From Proteromonas lacertae (lineage: Eukaryota), in assembly GCA_002245135.1 (NCBI GenBank), contig NGBS01000316.1:1-64000 (forward strand): a DNA stretch of 64,000 nt, written 5' to 3'. How positions within the stretch are numbered: the stretch's first letter is position 1; the number at the start of each line of letters is the position of its first letter. A program made the position numbers and the translations under genes. The notes under the pieces are model-generated. The model worked only from the letters and a program-made list of their open reading frames with translations. It was not told the DNA's origin and did not search any database. Shown one piece after another: positions 23,701 through 37,500 of this stretch.

Positions 23701-25920
23701 GTTCGGGATATATTTTAAATATATTTGGATAATTCTTAATATCAATATCAAATACTATTGGAGTTTCACCTTCATTTATAACTTTAGTAGTTTGATAGAC
23801 TGTTTCACCTACATAACATGGTGCAAATATAATATCTGGAGGTGACATATTGATATTGGTTTTAGGTAAATAATGTTCAATATGTGGCATAAATGTATGG
23901 CCTGTTGCTCTAATATTACACATCCATGATGGAGTTAATGTGTTATCATTCACCAATCTGAAGTTTCTATTGATTTTGAATGTAGCATAACCTTCTAATT
24001 CTCTACAGTAATAGAAATTATCTCTACCTGGTTTGAATAATACTCTAAATTGAAAGGTTTTATGAGGTTCAATTTCTGCTACAGCTGGTGATACTTGGAA
24101 TTCATTTTCTGTTTGATATTTATCTGTTCTATCATAATCAGGCATTCTCCACCAGAATAATATCTTTCCTTCTGTGTTATTTGTTACTGTTATTTCCTTT
24201 CTTACCATTCCATGCGATCTTATACATTGACCAAAATCTATACTTGATTTACTTAGTGTAATTTCTTTATTATTCTTTTCTTCTTTATTATCAGATAGTA
24301 TGAATATATTATTAATCATTTCTTCTTGTGAATTATACAATGTTCCTGTATTACATAACAACTTTCTCCATTTAATCAATTCTTCATTAGGCTTGTATAA
24401 GGCTTGTTCTCCTTGTTCATTCATTATAGCATCGATTTCTGCAGGACTATTAAATAAATAACCAGCTTCTCTTCTTTTAAAGTAATTCAATACATGATTA
24501 TAAGTCAAAGGTTGTGGTCTGCTTTCTTCATTATAAGAAGTACCAATTGTGTCAATATAAATAGGTGTTTGATTCTCAATAAATATATATAACCTTCTAT
24601 AGTAATTACCAGGATATAATGGATGAAATCGTATATTGATTGGTATATTTAACTTCGGTTGTAATACTCCATTATTTTGTTGGATATTAAATACACCATT
24701 CTTTTCACATTGGAAATGGTAATTGGCTGGAACATTGGAAGTATTGCACAAATATATTGTTTGACTAACAGACGAACCAGCTTCACAATCTGGAAATACT
24801 AAACATGGTGGATCAACTGGATTCTTATTTAAATCACATATTACCACTTGTGGACCTAATGCATATCCTTTTACATATAATATATTGATTAATCCACAAG
24901 GCATTTCTATTGTGTAAGATTCACTACTGTATAAACCATTGACTTTTGGTATAAATTGGACTTTGAGGGTGAGATGACCATTTGCTGGAATTACACCATT
25001 AAAAGTTGAAAATCTAAATAATTAATATTAATATATTTATTTATTTATTTATACTGAAACATAGATGGAATATCATTATTATTTCTAGTAATTTGAAATG
25101 TTGCATGAACTGATGTTGGATTATCAATTTCTACCTTCATTTCTTTAGGTTGAGAACCAATCTATATTTATTATAGTTACAATATATACAAAACATTCAC
25201 CAAAATCAAGTGTCTTTTCAGACATTTTCATAAATGGATAATGTCCAAATCCATCCAATAAGATTGGACAGTTCTGTCTTCCTTTATCGATAATACAAAT
25301 TGCTTTTCCTTTAATATAATCAGCAGTAACAGGTGAATAAGAGACTTTGATTGTTAATTTCTGATTTACTGGAACTACACCTTCACTTGGTTCAAAATTG
25401 AATGGTGATTTATAATCAAATTCAAATGGTGCATCTAACTGTCCAACATTGTCTAATACTAAATCTACAGTTGATGTTTCATTAACTGGAGTATCTGGGA
25501 ATGTTAGCGACTTTGGAACATCTACAGCAATTTTGGCAATACGAGCTGATATTGGAACTTTGAAAAATCCTCCTGATTTTGTATTAACAGTGATTTCATC
25601 GAAATATTCTTCATATTTAATTGGTCTGAATGTAACTTCGATATAGAACTTATTTCCTGGGGCTAGTTTAATCCATTGGGGAAATGGTAATGAAAAGAAT
25701 TTGTTTTCTGGCATTACATATTTAAAACTCACACTCTATAGCAAATATAAATATATAAATATTTCTATACTCTTCCACTGATATTTTGTATTTTGAGCTT
25801 TCTAACATATTCACCACCTGGAAGCCAAGATCCACCAGGCCATTCTAGACCACCTCCATAACTTAATCCAAAAGCTTCTGGTGTATCATCGGTCTGATTA
25901 TTATTTGTTACTTCTTTCAT
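20786..25920 (-). CDS. CFAP65: Cilia- and flagella-associated protein 65 (ASH/MSP-repeat protein)
   Basis: Repeated Ig-like ASH domains; FKYVMPENKFFSLPFPQWIKLAPG...VTFRPI..EEYFD; ELEGYATFKINRNFRLVND..LTPSW; ~1,670 aa after splicing. Confidence 0.85.
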
Positions 25921-25989
25921 ACAACGAAGTTAATCAATAAAATTTAAAAAACGTTATTTTTCTGACTTGAGGCTTGACTGATTTTAAAA

Positions 25990-27525
25990 ATGTCTAGTGT
26001 TCCATCTACAATTAGTTCATCTGTTTTAACACCAGGAAGAATTGCTACACCTAGTAGTGCAGATTATCAAACAGAGAAAAGGTTGTTCTTATCAGAATTG
26101 ACTAATCTGTTAGATTTAGTGAATAGATTCTGTAATAATGATCCATCCGAAATCAATGCTATGTATTCTCCAATTCAATCGGATTTAAAACCGTTTGAGT
26201 ATTTCTTTTATTACTCAATTCTTTTTCATAGCGTTGTATCTAAGAATCTACAAGATTTATATGCACACTATGTAAGATTAGATCAAGTTTTATCAAATCA
26301 AATAATGACAATGGATAACCAATACAAAGAACAATCATCTTATCAAAACAGAAAAATACAAGCTTTAGAAAATCAAATAAAAGCAAATTCAAATAATAAT
26401 CCAACAACAATAGTTTCACAATATGAAGAGCAGTTGAATAACTGTGATGAAGAAATAGCAGAATTAAAAGACAAATTATTTGAATATGAAAAACAAAATA
26501 AAGACATTCAAAATGTCATTGAACAACTTCAAAATGAAATTAATAATGAAAGAACAAAGAGAATCCAATTAGAAAGAGTAGCACAACATGCAGAACAGGA
26601 GAGATTAAGTTTAATCAATCAAAATAAAGAATTAATGAAAGAGAAACAACTTTATCAAGTAAAAGAACAAGATGTATATCTAATTTAATATATTGATATA
26701 TGAATATAGGCAAGATCTCAAGTTGAAGAATTGAATATGAAAGCAAATGAAATGGCTGAATTAATGGAGAGACAAAGACCTGATCCAAATCTGATAGTAT
26801 CAGCAAAACACAATGAAGTAACAATTCAACAATTGAATAAAGTATGTGAATCATTAAAAGAGCAATTGTATATAGCAAATCAAAACGAACAAAAGTATTA
26901 AATATATATATTTTTTATTTATTGGAAATAGTTATCAACAGAATATATTAGGATTAGAGAAAGAATTATCAATCATTAGAGATAAGAAAAGACAAAGTGA
27001 TAATTCAAAGTTACAATCTGATGAAATGGTTGATAGTGTATTTATATATTCTTTTATTATACTGATATGTTTATAGTTGAATATTGAAATTAGACGTTTA
27101 AATCGTGATATTAGTTCTCTAAATAACCAAATAAACATATTAAAATCAACATTACAGAATAATGGATTAGCAGTTCCAATGTATATTTATTATTAATGTT
27201 TATTTATATTCAGTTTACCATCACTAATTCCAAACTTACCAATTCAAAATAATAGAGGTTATAATAATCATAGTAGTCACGATTATAATGGGAATATATA
27301 CTCTGAAAGATCAAGACTTCCTGGTGTAACATCTGTTAATAATAATCTATGTATTTACTATGTTTGTCATCATATATTATAGTTGAGAATGATGTGTATG
27401 TTGAGAATTCATCCAGATCAGTTGGTAGTTTTATGGAACAACCTTTACCTCCAAGACAACCACCTCCACAACAAATGAATAACAATAATAATCAGAAGAA
27501 GAAAAGAAGCAATAAAAAGAAATGA
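25990..27525 (+). CDS. Hypothetical coiled-coil protein, multi-exon
   Basis: ORF 25990-26688 plus downstream exons bounded by GTAT...TAG introns; ends ...NNQKKKRSNKKK TGA. Confidence 0.7.
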
Positions 27526-27648
27526 GGTATAATAAATATATATGATATAAAAGTCTTTTAATAAATAATAATTTTTGGTTTTTTGAATATTTTGTTTTTT
27601 GAAATAAAAGAATAAAAAAGTAAAAATAATTTAAACATAATTCTAAAT

Positions 27649-28713
27649 TCATATTTTCCCTCCACTAATACTCAATCCACTTATTCCCATTCCATCAAAT
27701 GATTTACTATTCAAATAAACACATAATATATATAATACGGTATTGGTTTTGGTCTTGGTATTTTTGGATTTTTAAATTCTGTTCTTTTCACTTGTGGAAT
27801 AGATGGTATTTGTTGTTTCATTTGTTTTGGTTTATTGGATTTTGGTTTTGTTTTCCTTTCATATAATCTAATCAAAAATTCTTTCTGTGTAGCTAATACT
27901 TCTTTATCATTCAAATATGATAATCTTGGACTTGAACTTATTATCATATAATCCCAACTTCTATAAAGAATTAAAATATGAATATATACTTTGGTATATC
28001 ATTTACTGGATTTTCACGAATATCAATAGATGTAGCTCTAGTCGAACATATAAAAGAAGTCACATCCTAATAACCAATTAAATAAATAATTATATACTTC
28101 AAGTTCATCTATTTGATTATGTAAAGCTTTAAAATTATCTAAATAATACAACGCTGCTAATGGTGAAATGTATTTAACATGACTATTGGATATATCTAGA
28201 CTTAGTAGACATGTCTAAAACGATAAATAAATAACAAATATACAGCCAAAGTATTTAATGTCTCTGGATCATAAGAAAAATAAACAGATGGAGGAAGATG
28301 CTGGCTTGACAGTGATAATTGCTCCAACTTGTTTTGATATGTTAAACCTTCCAGGCAACTAATATAGTTTGAATCGAGATTTATGACTTTTAATTCAACA
28401 TTACAATTTAAATTATCAATTCGTTTTATTTTATTATTTTGAAGGTATAAATTTGTTAAAAATGGACAGACCACCAAATTCTCTATCATTTCTATATCAT
28501 TATCATAAAGATATAGGACTTTTAGGTTTTTACATAAATGTAAATTATCCTATTCAAGGTTATATTACAAATAGGATATACAATTTGACTTATATGTTTG
28601 TCTTGAAGATTAAGATGTGTAGTTTTTGCTAAAATTGTTTCAGGTTTATCCCATGGGTTTACTTTATTCCCTGTGGCTTTTAATATCATCTGCAAATTAA
28701 TCTCTTGTGACAT
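27649..28713 (-). CDS. PPP1R42: Leucine-rich repeat protein, protein phosphatase 1 regulatory subunit 42 (LRRC67)-like
   Basis: TTHLNLQDKHISQI, VLYLYDN, LYLQNNKIKRIDNL, LSLSSQHLP...YDPETLNTLA; SDS22-type LRRs in the PPP1R42 arrangement. Confidence 0.75.
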
Positions 28714-28836
28714 TTCCGTTTTTTGAATTTAAAAACTCTTCAAACAGGAATCAAGTGCACTTCTTTTCATTTACATTTTTTCTTTCATTTTACAACAAAA
28801 TATATAAAAGAATATGTATATATAATAATATAAGAA

Positions 28837-31134
28837 TCATGCAGTTGGATAATCAGGCATTTTTTCGGCTTTTCTTTTTCTTCCCTTTAATGTTTGTTTA
28901 ACCCTTTGTCTGAATTGTTCAGCATTTATTTTATCCTTCTTGATAACTTCATCATATTCAGCAATTGTTGCTTCAATGAACTCCATAATCTGAGTAGGTA
29001 AAGTATAAATCTTCTTCACTTTCTGTTTTTCTACAACATACCACAACAAATCATTAGCTGATGGATATTCCAATTTATTACATACATATCTCACAAAATA
29101 TTGATGTAATGATATTTGCTTTGATAAAGGTCCAAACTTATCTTCACTACAATCTTTCCATGTTTTATCACCAACCATTTTGATTGGATATAATGTTTGT
29201 GGATCTATTTCAATCTTAATATCATTCTTATAATCTAATGGATATTGATAATTTACCTCAGGAACAATAGGTTGTAATTCAGGGAATATATTAGGAATAT
29301 CAACATTATTTACAGTCTTATTTCTATCAACTAAATTAGATAAATAATTCAACTCTTCATTGGATATAACAATATCTGGAAATGGCATTATTTTCAAGAA
29401 TGGTAATTCTATTTTTACAGTTTCTTTACTACATTCTCCATCTAATAGTATAATCTTCTGATCTTCTATAATTAAATGATTTTGGTATTGAGCTTTAATC
29501 ATTTCTTTCCATTGCATTGGCTCTTTCTTTCTTGCTTCTTTAGACATCCACTTAAATGCACAGTATCTATTAATCTGTCTCTTTGCCCATTCAGATTTAT
29601 GTTTTAAATGTAATAATTCCAATATTTTAATAAGATACTTAGCAGTTACACCAAACACTCTTAATCTATTATGCTGAATTGATGAATCAAGTACAAAAGG
29701 ACTCATTACACAATACCAAATTGCAATATCTGTTGGTGCTTTTATTAACGGATCAATTGGTAAACCTGTCAATGTAATATTAGTATACTTCTTTTTTACA
29801 CTAAACTTTAAATAATCTTCAAATATCTTCATAAATCCCTCTTCATTCTTCAACCACTCAATATCTTTGATAATAAAATACATCACGAATAACCATAATA
29901 CATCATTCCCTACAATCTTTTCGCCAAAAAACATATTAGCAATAGAAAATCTATTAGCTTCAATATGTGTCTTGTCACTACCAAAACATAAAGCACAATT
30001 CACATTAGAACGAGTAAATGGTGATACTTTATCACCTCTGTTCCACATTTCTTTCAAAGAATTTAAACCAACTAAATGATCAATTCTAGTTTTTATTTTC
30101 TTTATTAACTTAAAATTAAATAACACTGATAATGGATTATTCACATAGTCATTGATTTGTTTTTGTTTTAAACCCTTAAATATTGGATCTCCTTCTTTGA
30201 TTAAACAACAAGGAATATCGGTATCTAATGAAATTGGACATTCAAATATTCCACTACATTCTACACTTTCAGGTAATTCTTCTTCAACAATATCTGCTCT
30301 TCTTACACGACTAATTACATTAAATGAGAAGTCAAGACATCCTGTACATTTATCAATCATTTCTTTACACAGTTGTTGGATTACTTTTGTTTCTTTGGTT
30401 GATGCTGCATTTGGCATTACATCATCTAATACAATTTTTATCGCTTCTTCTTCAGTTCCTTCTTTGGATGATAAAATTGATCTGATTCTGTCGTAATCAA
30501 TCTGATTATGTGATTTTGATACACAATTCAATAGATTCTTCTGTAATTCTAAAAGATCATCTCTCAATTGAAGATTCTCTAACCCTAAATTTTGCATGGT
30601 GATTTTTGTTAATAGATCTTTTGCTTCTTCTTTGAAAAGAGCTAAATTGTTGTGGTATTTCTTGAGATCTATCACTTCTCTTGAATTGCCTGCTGCATGC
30701 AATTTTTTATCAACATATATTTCATAGTTCGTCTTTCTTGTGAAAGGTGCTGATACTGATAAGTTCATATTTCCACCGCATGATGAAATGAAGTGAACTT
30801 CTACCTTCTTGAATGGTCTTGACTTTAAAATTTCATCACATCTCTTTACTTCACCATTATCTACTTGGCCATCTGTGACGAGAATAACATAAGAGTCTTC
30901 GAGTGTGAATGGAGCAATTAAGCTTGGACTAGTCCCACAATTACCTTGTCTGCTCTTTATAATTTTTAAAGCATCTTCATATGGCATAGTTTTAGGTTCT
31001 TCACTATCCCAGAAGGTTATAGTTGAATTATCTTTAAAACGATCAACTATAGCTTGCACACCATCCCAGTACTTATCACTAGATCCAGTAGAACCAGAAT
31101 AGTCTATAAATATGCATGGTTTCAACTCACTCAT
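28837..31134 (-). CDS. Intronless 765-aa protein with N-terminal vWA (MIDAS) domain and central U-box-like CPIS...SPFTR segment
   Basis: IFIDYSGST, GTSPS, ILVTDGQV MIDAS motifs; FECPISLD...SPFTR; single exon. Confidence 0.8.
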   Translation of the reverse strand: MSELKPCIFIDYSGSTGSSDKYWDGVQAIVDRFKDNSTITFWDSEEPKTMPYEDALKIIKSRQGNCGTSPSLIAPFTLEDSYVILVTDGQVDNGEVKRCDEILKSRPFKKVEVHFISSCGGNMNLSVSAPFTRKTNYEIYVDKKLHAAGNSREVIDLKKYHNNLALFKEEAKDLLTKITMQNLGLENLQLRDDLLELQKNLLNCVSKSHNQIDYDRIRSILSSKEGTEEEAIKIVLDDVMPNAASTKETKVIQQLCKEMIDKCTGCLDFSFNVISRVRRADIVEEELPESVECSGIFECPISLDTDIPCCLIKEGDPIFKGLKQKQINDYVNNPLSVLFNFKLIKKIKTRIDHLVGLNSLKEMWNRGDKVSPFTRSNVNCALCFGSDKTHIEANRFSIANMFFGEKIVGNDVLWLFVMYFIIKDIEWLKNEEGFMKIFEDYLKFSVKKKYTNITLTGLPIDPLIKAPTDIAIWYCVMSPFVLDSSIQHNRLRVFGVTAKYLIKILELLHLKHKSEWAKRQINRYCAFKWMSKEARKKEPMQWKEMIKAQYQNHLIIEDQKIILLDGECSKETVKIELPFLKIMPFPDIVISNEELNYLSNLVDRNKTVNNVDIPNIFPELQPIVPEVNYQYPLDYKNDIKIEIDPQTLYPIKMVGDKTWKDCSEDKFGPLSKQISLHQYFVRYVCNKLEYPSANDLLWYVVEKQKVKKIYTLPTQIMEFIEATIAEYDEVIKKDKINAEQFRQRVKQTLKGRKRKAEKMPDYPTA

Positions 31135-31510
31135 GTAAAAATGTAATAATGAAAGATTTTTGGAGTTTACAAAAGTGATGAATATTTTAGTTAGTCTAAA
31201 AATGAATATATTTACATAAGTAAATATTGCAAATAAAAACTGTGCAAAAGTGAGTATGTTAAAATGAAGTAGAAAAGTGATTTACGTTTATTGATTTTAC
31301 TAATTCTCAAATTCATTATATTAACTAGATTTAACATCATTAATACACTTTTTATTACTGTTTTAACTCAAATCATAAATAATGTTTAAATGTATACTAT
31401 ATTTGATATTTAGATAGTTGAAAATATATCTACTTCACCAGCGAAATATAACTGACTAATATTCAGCATAGAATGAGTAATTTTAAATTTTCTAAAATAA
31501 AATAAAACGA

Positions 31511-34500
31511 ATGAGGTTTGATACAGCTTGGTCTTTATCGTTATGCATATTGCTTATTTCTTTTTATTTATAATAGGCATATCGTCGTTCGATATGTTTT
31601 ATTATCCAAAAATTGGTGACCCATTAGATGGAGAGTTGAAGACATACTTTGATACATTAAAAGCTTCAATTACTGATGCAGCTGAACCAGATTCTACTAT
31701 TACTGCTTATTCCAAGAAGAAAGATATAGCTGATACAATAAAAGGTTATAATAAAACCAAGACAGCTGTAATCTTTAGTAGGTTTTTAGATATTACAAAT
31801 TCTGAAATTCAAGAGATATTTAGTGATACAAGGCATATAGTTTTTGTAATTTCATTAAATCCTTATGACATTTGTTCAAATAACATAATCTCTTATAGCA
31901 ACGATGTTATTGCTCCGGCACAATGTATATTTTATTATTAATTATTATAAATAGATATTATGTATCTTGCTAACCAAAAGAATGCAGAATCAACATCTTG
32001 TATTATTTATAATCAAAAATTGAAATCTGCACCATTGATAGAGAATATTATTGCAGAAGTAGGTATTCTAGGAGGAAAATTTATGAAAGTTATTAAGATC
32101 GGTAATTATGTTGGACCTCCAAGCCAACCTACTACTGCAGCTCCTTCTGGAAATTATGATGATGATTGTACAATTACTTATATTCATGTTAGTAAAGATG
32201 ATATAGCAAGTTTATCATTATCAGCTACTACAAAAGTTTATCTTCATATGTCAGAAAATGATGGTATTACTTTTAATTCAGGTGATTATTTTATTACATC
32301 ATCATTATCTAGTGTTAATGGTGGAATACCAGACACATCTACACCAGCTCCAGCTCCTTCATCAAAGTTGTCATATGAATTTTCAGCATTATATAATATG
32401 TTTATTGCATTTAAAGAAACATATGAGTCAATTCAATCATTAGATCCAATCAGTTTATTATCAACATTTAGAAGAATGACATTTGAGTTCAATCGTCAAA
32501 GTACCAAATTATTAAATACTAACTATTTTAATGTTCCATCAATCTTAGCTAGTCATGATGGAAGTACATTTACAGTAGAAAAGAATCTAACAACAGATCC
32601 AAACTTATACTATGCATTTGAATCAACAAAATATAAAATATGTGATGCAATTAGTGATTCAATGGAAGCTTATAATCCATATGGAATTATACTGTTATAT
32701 GCAAGTGAAGGTTATAATGCAACATCTGATTTAAAAGTATATCAAGTGTTAGAAGCAGAAGTAATGAATATGAATAAAATGGGAGGATTAAATGATAGAA
32801 GTATTGTTGTATTTCCTGTTAATTATGTTCAAGATTATGAAACAATGGTTACTGAAGTATAATTGTTATAATAATAATAATTATTATTATTATATTAAAT
32901 AGTTAAGACAAGCTTATAAAGAACATTTAATATTGGCTATTCTAAGTCTTGCAGATTCAGATACAAAAGCAAAAATATTAGATTGTATTTATTATTATTA
33001 TTATTATTATATATAGCTGGAAAAATGGAATCTGAAATAAAGGATACAGTAATATTAGATTTTACTAATACAGAAGGTGGTGTATGTAATCCAAATATAA
33101 TCCAAATTGGTGTCCCAGTCACATCACATTTTCAAGTTATTAATTATCAATTTATTGGAACTAAATTCGAAGGAATTAATATTATTGGTTCAGATTTATT
33201 GTATATATATTAGTTATATATAAATATTGATTAGATATGGTACTGAAGCTTATAATATTGTTGAATATTATGCACAGAGATATAAATATAAAATATTTGC
33301 TGAATATAGAATGGCTAATAATTCAGTTGGTGAAGCAACCAATGCAATTACTTTAATTAAATCAAAAGCTGCAATGAAGAAGTCAATTACAATATCAGTG
33401 CTTGAACCAGAATACATTAATACATACTTAGGATTGTTAAATACTTTAAATATTACAGCTGATGATTATCCTCATGTGTTCTTCAATTTAAATCCATATT
33501 ATATTGAAAAATTACCAAATTCAGTTATTGGTCATTATTTCACAGGTCATTACATCGCTGAAGAAGAAGAAAGTGATAATTTGACTAGAATACATAATTC
33601 TATAAAGGATATGTTATTATATGATATGACAGTTACTTCTCAAGGCTTATTAGTTAGTATAATACCAAGTATATTAATACAAGTGGTTGGATCTACTAAA
33701 TCTTATGCTGTAGAGACTATTACACAGTATTTTTAATAGGAATTTATATATTTGTTAATAGGTTTTTGATAGGATCAGGTTTAAAAACATTTTCAACAGG
33801 TTATATATCAATAGCACCAAATCAATATTTATTAATGACTTTACAATTAGCTAAAATTGTTGCAAAAGATGATTATGAAGTGATTGTTAATTCACCATCT
33901 GCTTATTATCCATATGAGTTTTATAAAGGTGATTATGTTTGTACTCTATCAGAAGCAGAGCCAGTTAAAGCATCATCACCATATTACTACCTTGTAGTCT
34001 TGCCAGATTTAAGTCTTGATAATTTATATTATAGAAATATATTTACTAGATTAACAGAAAGTATTGATGTTATAATGGGAATATTTAACCTAAATGGTGG
34101 ATTTCAGAATCATTATTTATTTGCTGACTTTTTCAGATTAACAGCAACAAATACAATGGATAAATTAGAAAAAAGAGTTAAAGATGACGATGTATTGTTA
34201 TTAGTTGGATTGTTATTAACAAATCAACAAAAACAAGAGATTGGTGATATTATAAAAGGTGTTGATAAGATATTAATGATAACTTCCAATGCAGCTGGTG
34301 ATTTTTGTCATCCTAATGTTTTACAGATTGGTTTAATGCCAAATCAATATTTATCAATATCTGTATTATTTATACAGAAACATGGAGATGGGTGTGCTTT
34401 TGTTAGAACAAATGATGAGTATAACCTATCTATCTATCTATATATTTATTTATTTATTTATTCGTATAGAGTATCTGAATCAATGTCAGCTTATATTCAA

Positions 34501-37500
34501 GATTATACTGATTTATATTATCCTGGTACCAAATGTTTTGAAATAATGTTGGATAGTGAAGATAAGGTTTCTGATAGAATAAATGAAATGTTCCAGAAAT
34601 TATCATCATTCTCTCATTCAATTATTCATATTCATGCATATGATTATTCTATTTATGCATTAAGAGAAATCAGACAACATGCAGATTATCAAGAAAGTAA
34701 AATAGATGAAGTGGTTTATGATTATCCAGCAATATTATTAGAATCAGAATTTAGATTTGCAAGACCACCAATGAAGTTGAATGAAACTGACTTAGCAGGA
34801 GTATATTTTATAGATACATTGTCATTTGAAAGTGGTGAAATGAGTGCGTTGAATATAGAAGAATCAGTAGGTGATATTTCCTATTTAAAAGTTACAGATG
34901 CAATGAATTTCTTAGAAACCATCCATAGTCTTCAAGATTTGTTTAATGTTGTTGGTTCATTAAGTAGAAATGCAATGGCAAGTTATTTAATTGGAAAGCA
35001 AATGCAAACTATGGAAGGAACGTTAGAAATAGATGGAAGTTTTGCAATATCAAAATGTGCTAAATTATTCCAATTTAATAATGATTTATCTTATAGTAAA
35101 GTATTTTCAGAGACTTTCTGTTATAGGCCACAAATATTTAATGTATATGAGAATGAAACTGAATATTATACATGTGATTGGATATTAAATAATGAAAGTA
35201 ATAAAACCGAAGGAAATGAAATATCACTTGGTTATGTAACTGATTTAACATATTCAAAATGGAGTTTAGGATATGAAATGGATTCTATGTGGGATAATAT
35301 TGAATTTCTTAATAAGAATGGAGGTATTGATAAACATTATGTAAGATTATTCACTGAAACTTGTCCAACCAATGATACTGAAGCTGAAGCTATGTTTGAA
35401 AGGTTCAAAAAAATCGGAATTAAAGTAATAATTGGAGGATGCAAACCATTTTATCGTCATATAATAGAGAAATATTTAGAAGAATATGAAATGTTATTAT
35501 TTGCAACAAATGATTATGAAGGTAATTCATGTGAAGAAAATGTATTTTATTTCAGAGAAACACCATCACAGATTATTCTACCAGCTACATTCTATATGGT
35601 AAGTCAAGTAAATGTTATTAATTTGGTATTCTTTGTATCAGAAGATGAACAATCTCAAGCATTAGAGGTATTCTGCGAAGACTTATTGAATAATTTTGGA
35701 GCACCATTATTAAAAATATTCACAGTTAATACTACTTTAGATACTCCTATCAAAACTCAAATTCGTCAATATGTTACTCAAATTGCAATGGTAATGAATG
35801 ATGGTGGTCTTATATGTAATCTAATGTCAGTGGATCAATCAGAATTATATGCTGCTGTTTATGAGATGTATAACTCTTCTGATACTGACTCGTTATTCCG
35901 TATTCTTGATTTCATGGAAATACCAGCTACAGTAGATCCAAAACAGAGAATAGGTAGTTATTTTGTAGAAACATTTGCTCCAGTTCCTCAATTTCCTACA
36001 ACATTGTTTTATTATAATCTGAGAAAGAAGAGATCTTCATTCTTTTCAATTAATAGAGTTATTTATACTGAATATCTTGCACTTAATGTTTTAGGTTTAA
36101 TACCATCATCGTCTCAACAGAATATAACAGAATTTAAGAATCAAATATTCACTGCAATGCAAACTAATAAAATTGCTGATGGTTATACATTTACTTATGA
36201 TCAACATTTAAAGAATAACATTTTTGTTGGTATGTATATCAATGAAACCTACGTAAAATATGAAACAGTTGCTTCAAATGTTATTGCTGATCCTTACAGA
36301 ACCACATTCATTGAAAAAGATTATCATTATATATGTAATCATTACAACGATAGGATTGGTAAAAGATTCAATAAAACTGTACAACCAGTCTATGTAGGAG
36401 TTGATATTAAGAACTCATTAGGTAGTGACGATTGGGATGTTGTACACACAACTGCAACTACTTTATATACAAGAAATATAGTAAATGATGAATTACCAGA
36501 TACACCATATTTTGGTATTAAAATATTAGGCCCAGAATACTATGCAGGTCAAAAGAAATTAGATGTTGATGCAATATTTGCTGTTAGAGATGAAAGATTA
36601 AGAAATGCGATACAAGCTCAAAATCCTAATGTTTTGTTATTATCTCCATATATAGCACCAGGTGATTCTTGTGAAAATGGAATAGTTCATCTTGGTAATT
36701 TATTTACTAATTATTTAGCCTTTATTACTTCATTAGTTCATCAATATCGTGATTCTGAGTATCTTATATTTTATTCTGCTTATGAAGAATCAATTACAAT
36801 GAAAGACCAAGTTGTTAATGGATTGAATGAATACCAATGCAATATAGCAGGTACATTTTCATTCCCAATTAATTCTGAATATACCGAACCATTAATAGAG
36901 AATATTGCTTTTCATTTACCAAATGGAGGTATTATTATAAACTTATTGTTAAGTCAAAGTGGTAAATCATTATACAAAGCAATGGCAGAAAACGAATACA
37001 ATCCACCAGATTATTTAATTGTGACTAGTACAATAGATATATCATCAATTCCAGAGGATGAATTACAATATACAGTTGGACATTATTTCTGGTCAATGAA
37101 AGATTATGACAAGAATTCAGATGATGGTAAAGAATTTGAATATGGTTTTAATACTTTATTCCATGATTTAACAAGATTTAGTAGTGTTTCAGTATGTCAA
37201 TATATTGCATTGAATTATTATATTCAAACATATGAAATAAAGAAATCGTTAGGTGATGATTCTACTAAAACGTTTATTGAAATAATGAGAGAAAATCCAT
37301 TGAAAAATACTCTAATTGGTACTGTAGAAATAAAGAATAATAATTATGCTACTTTTGATGTAATCTTGTTCACTACAATATATAATCAAGCCACTAATAC
37401 AGTTACAAAGGATATTCTATACAATAATTTATATCCAATAAATCCAAATCCATATAGATATTTTGGTGTAGAAAAAACAGTAAATTATCATACATGTGAT

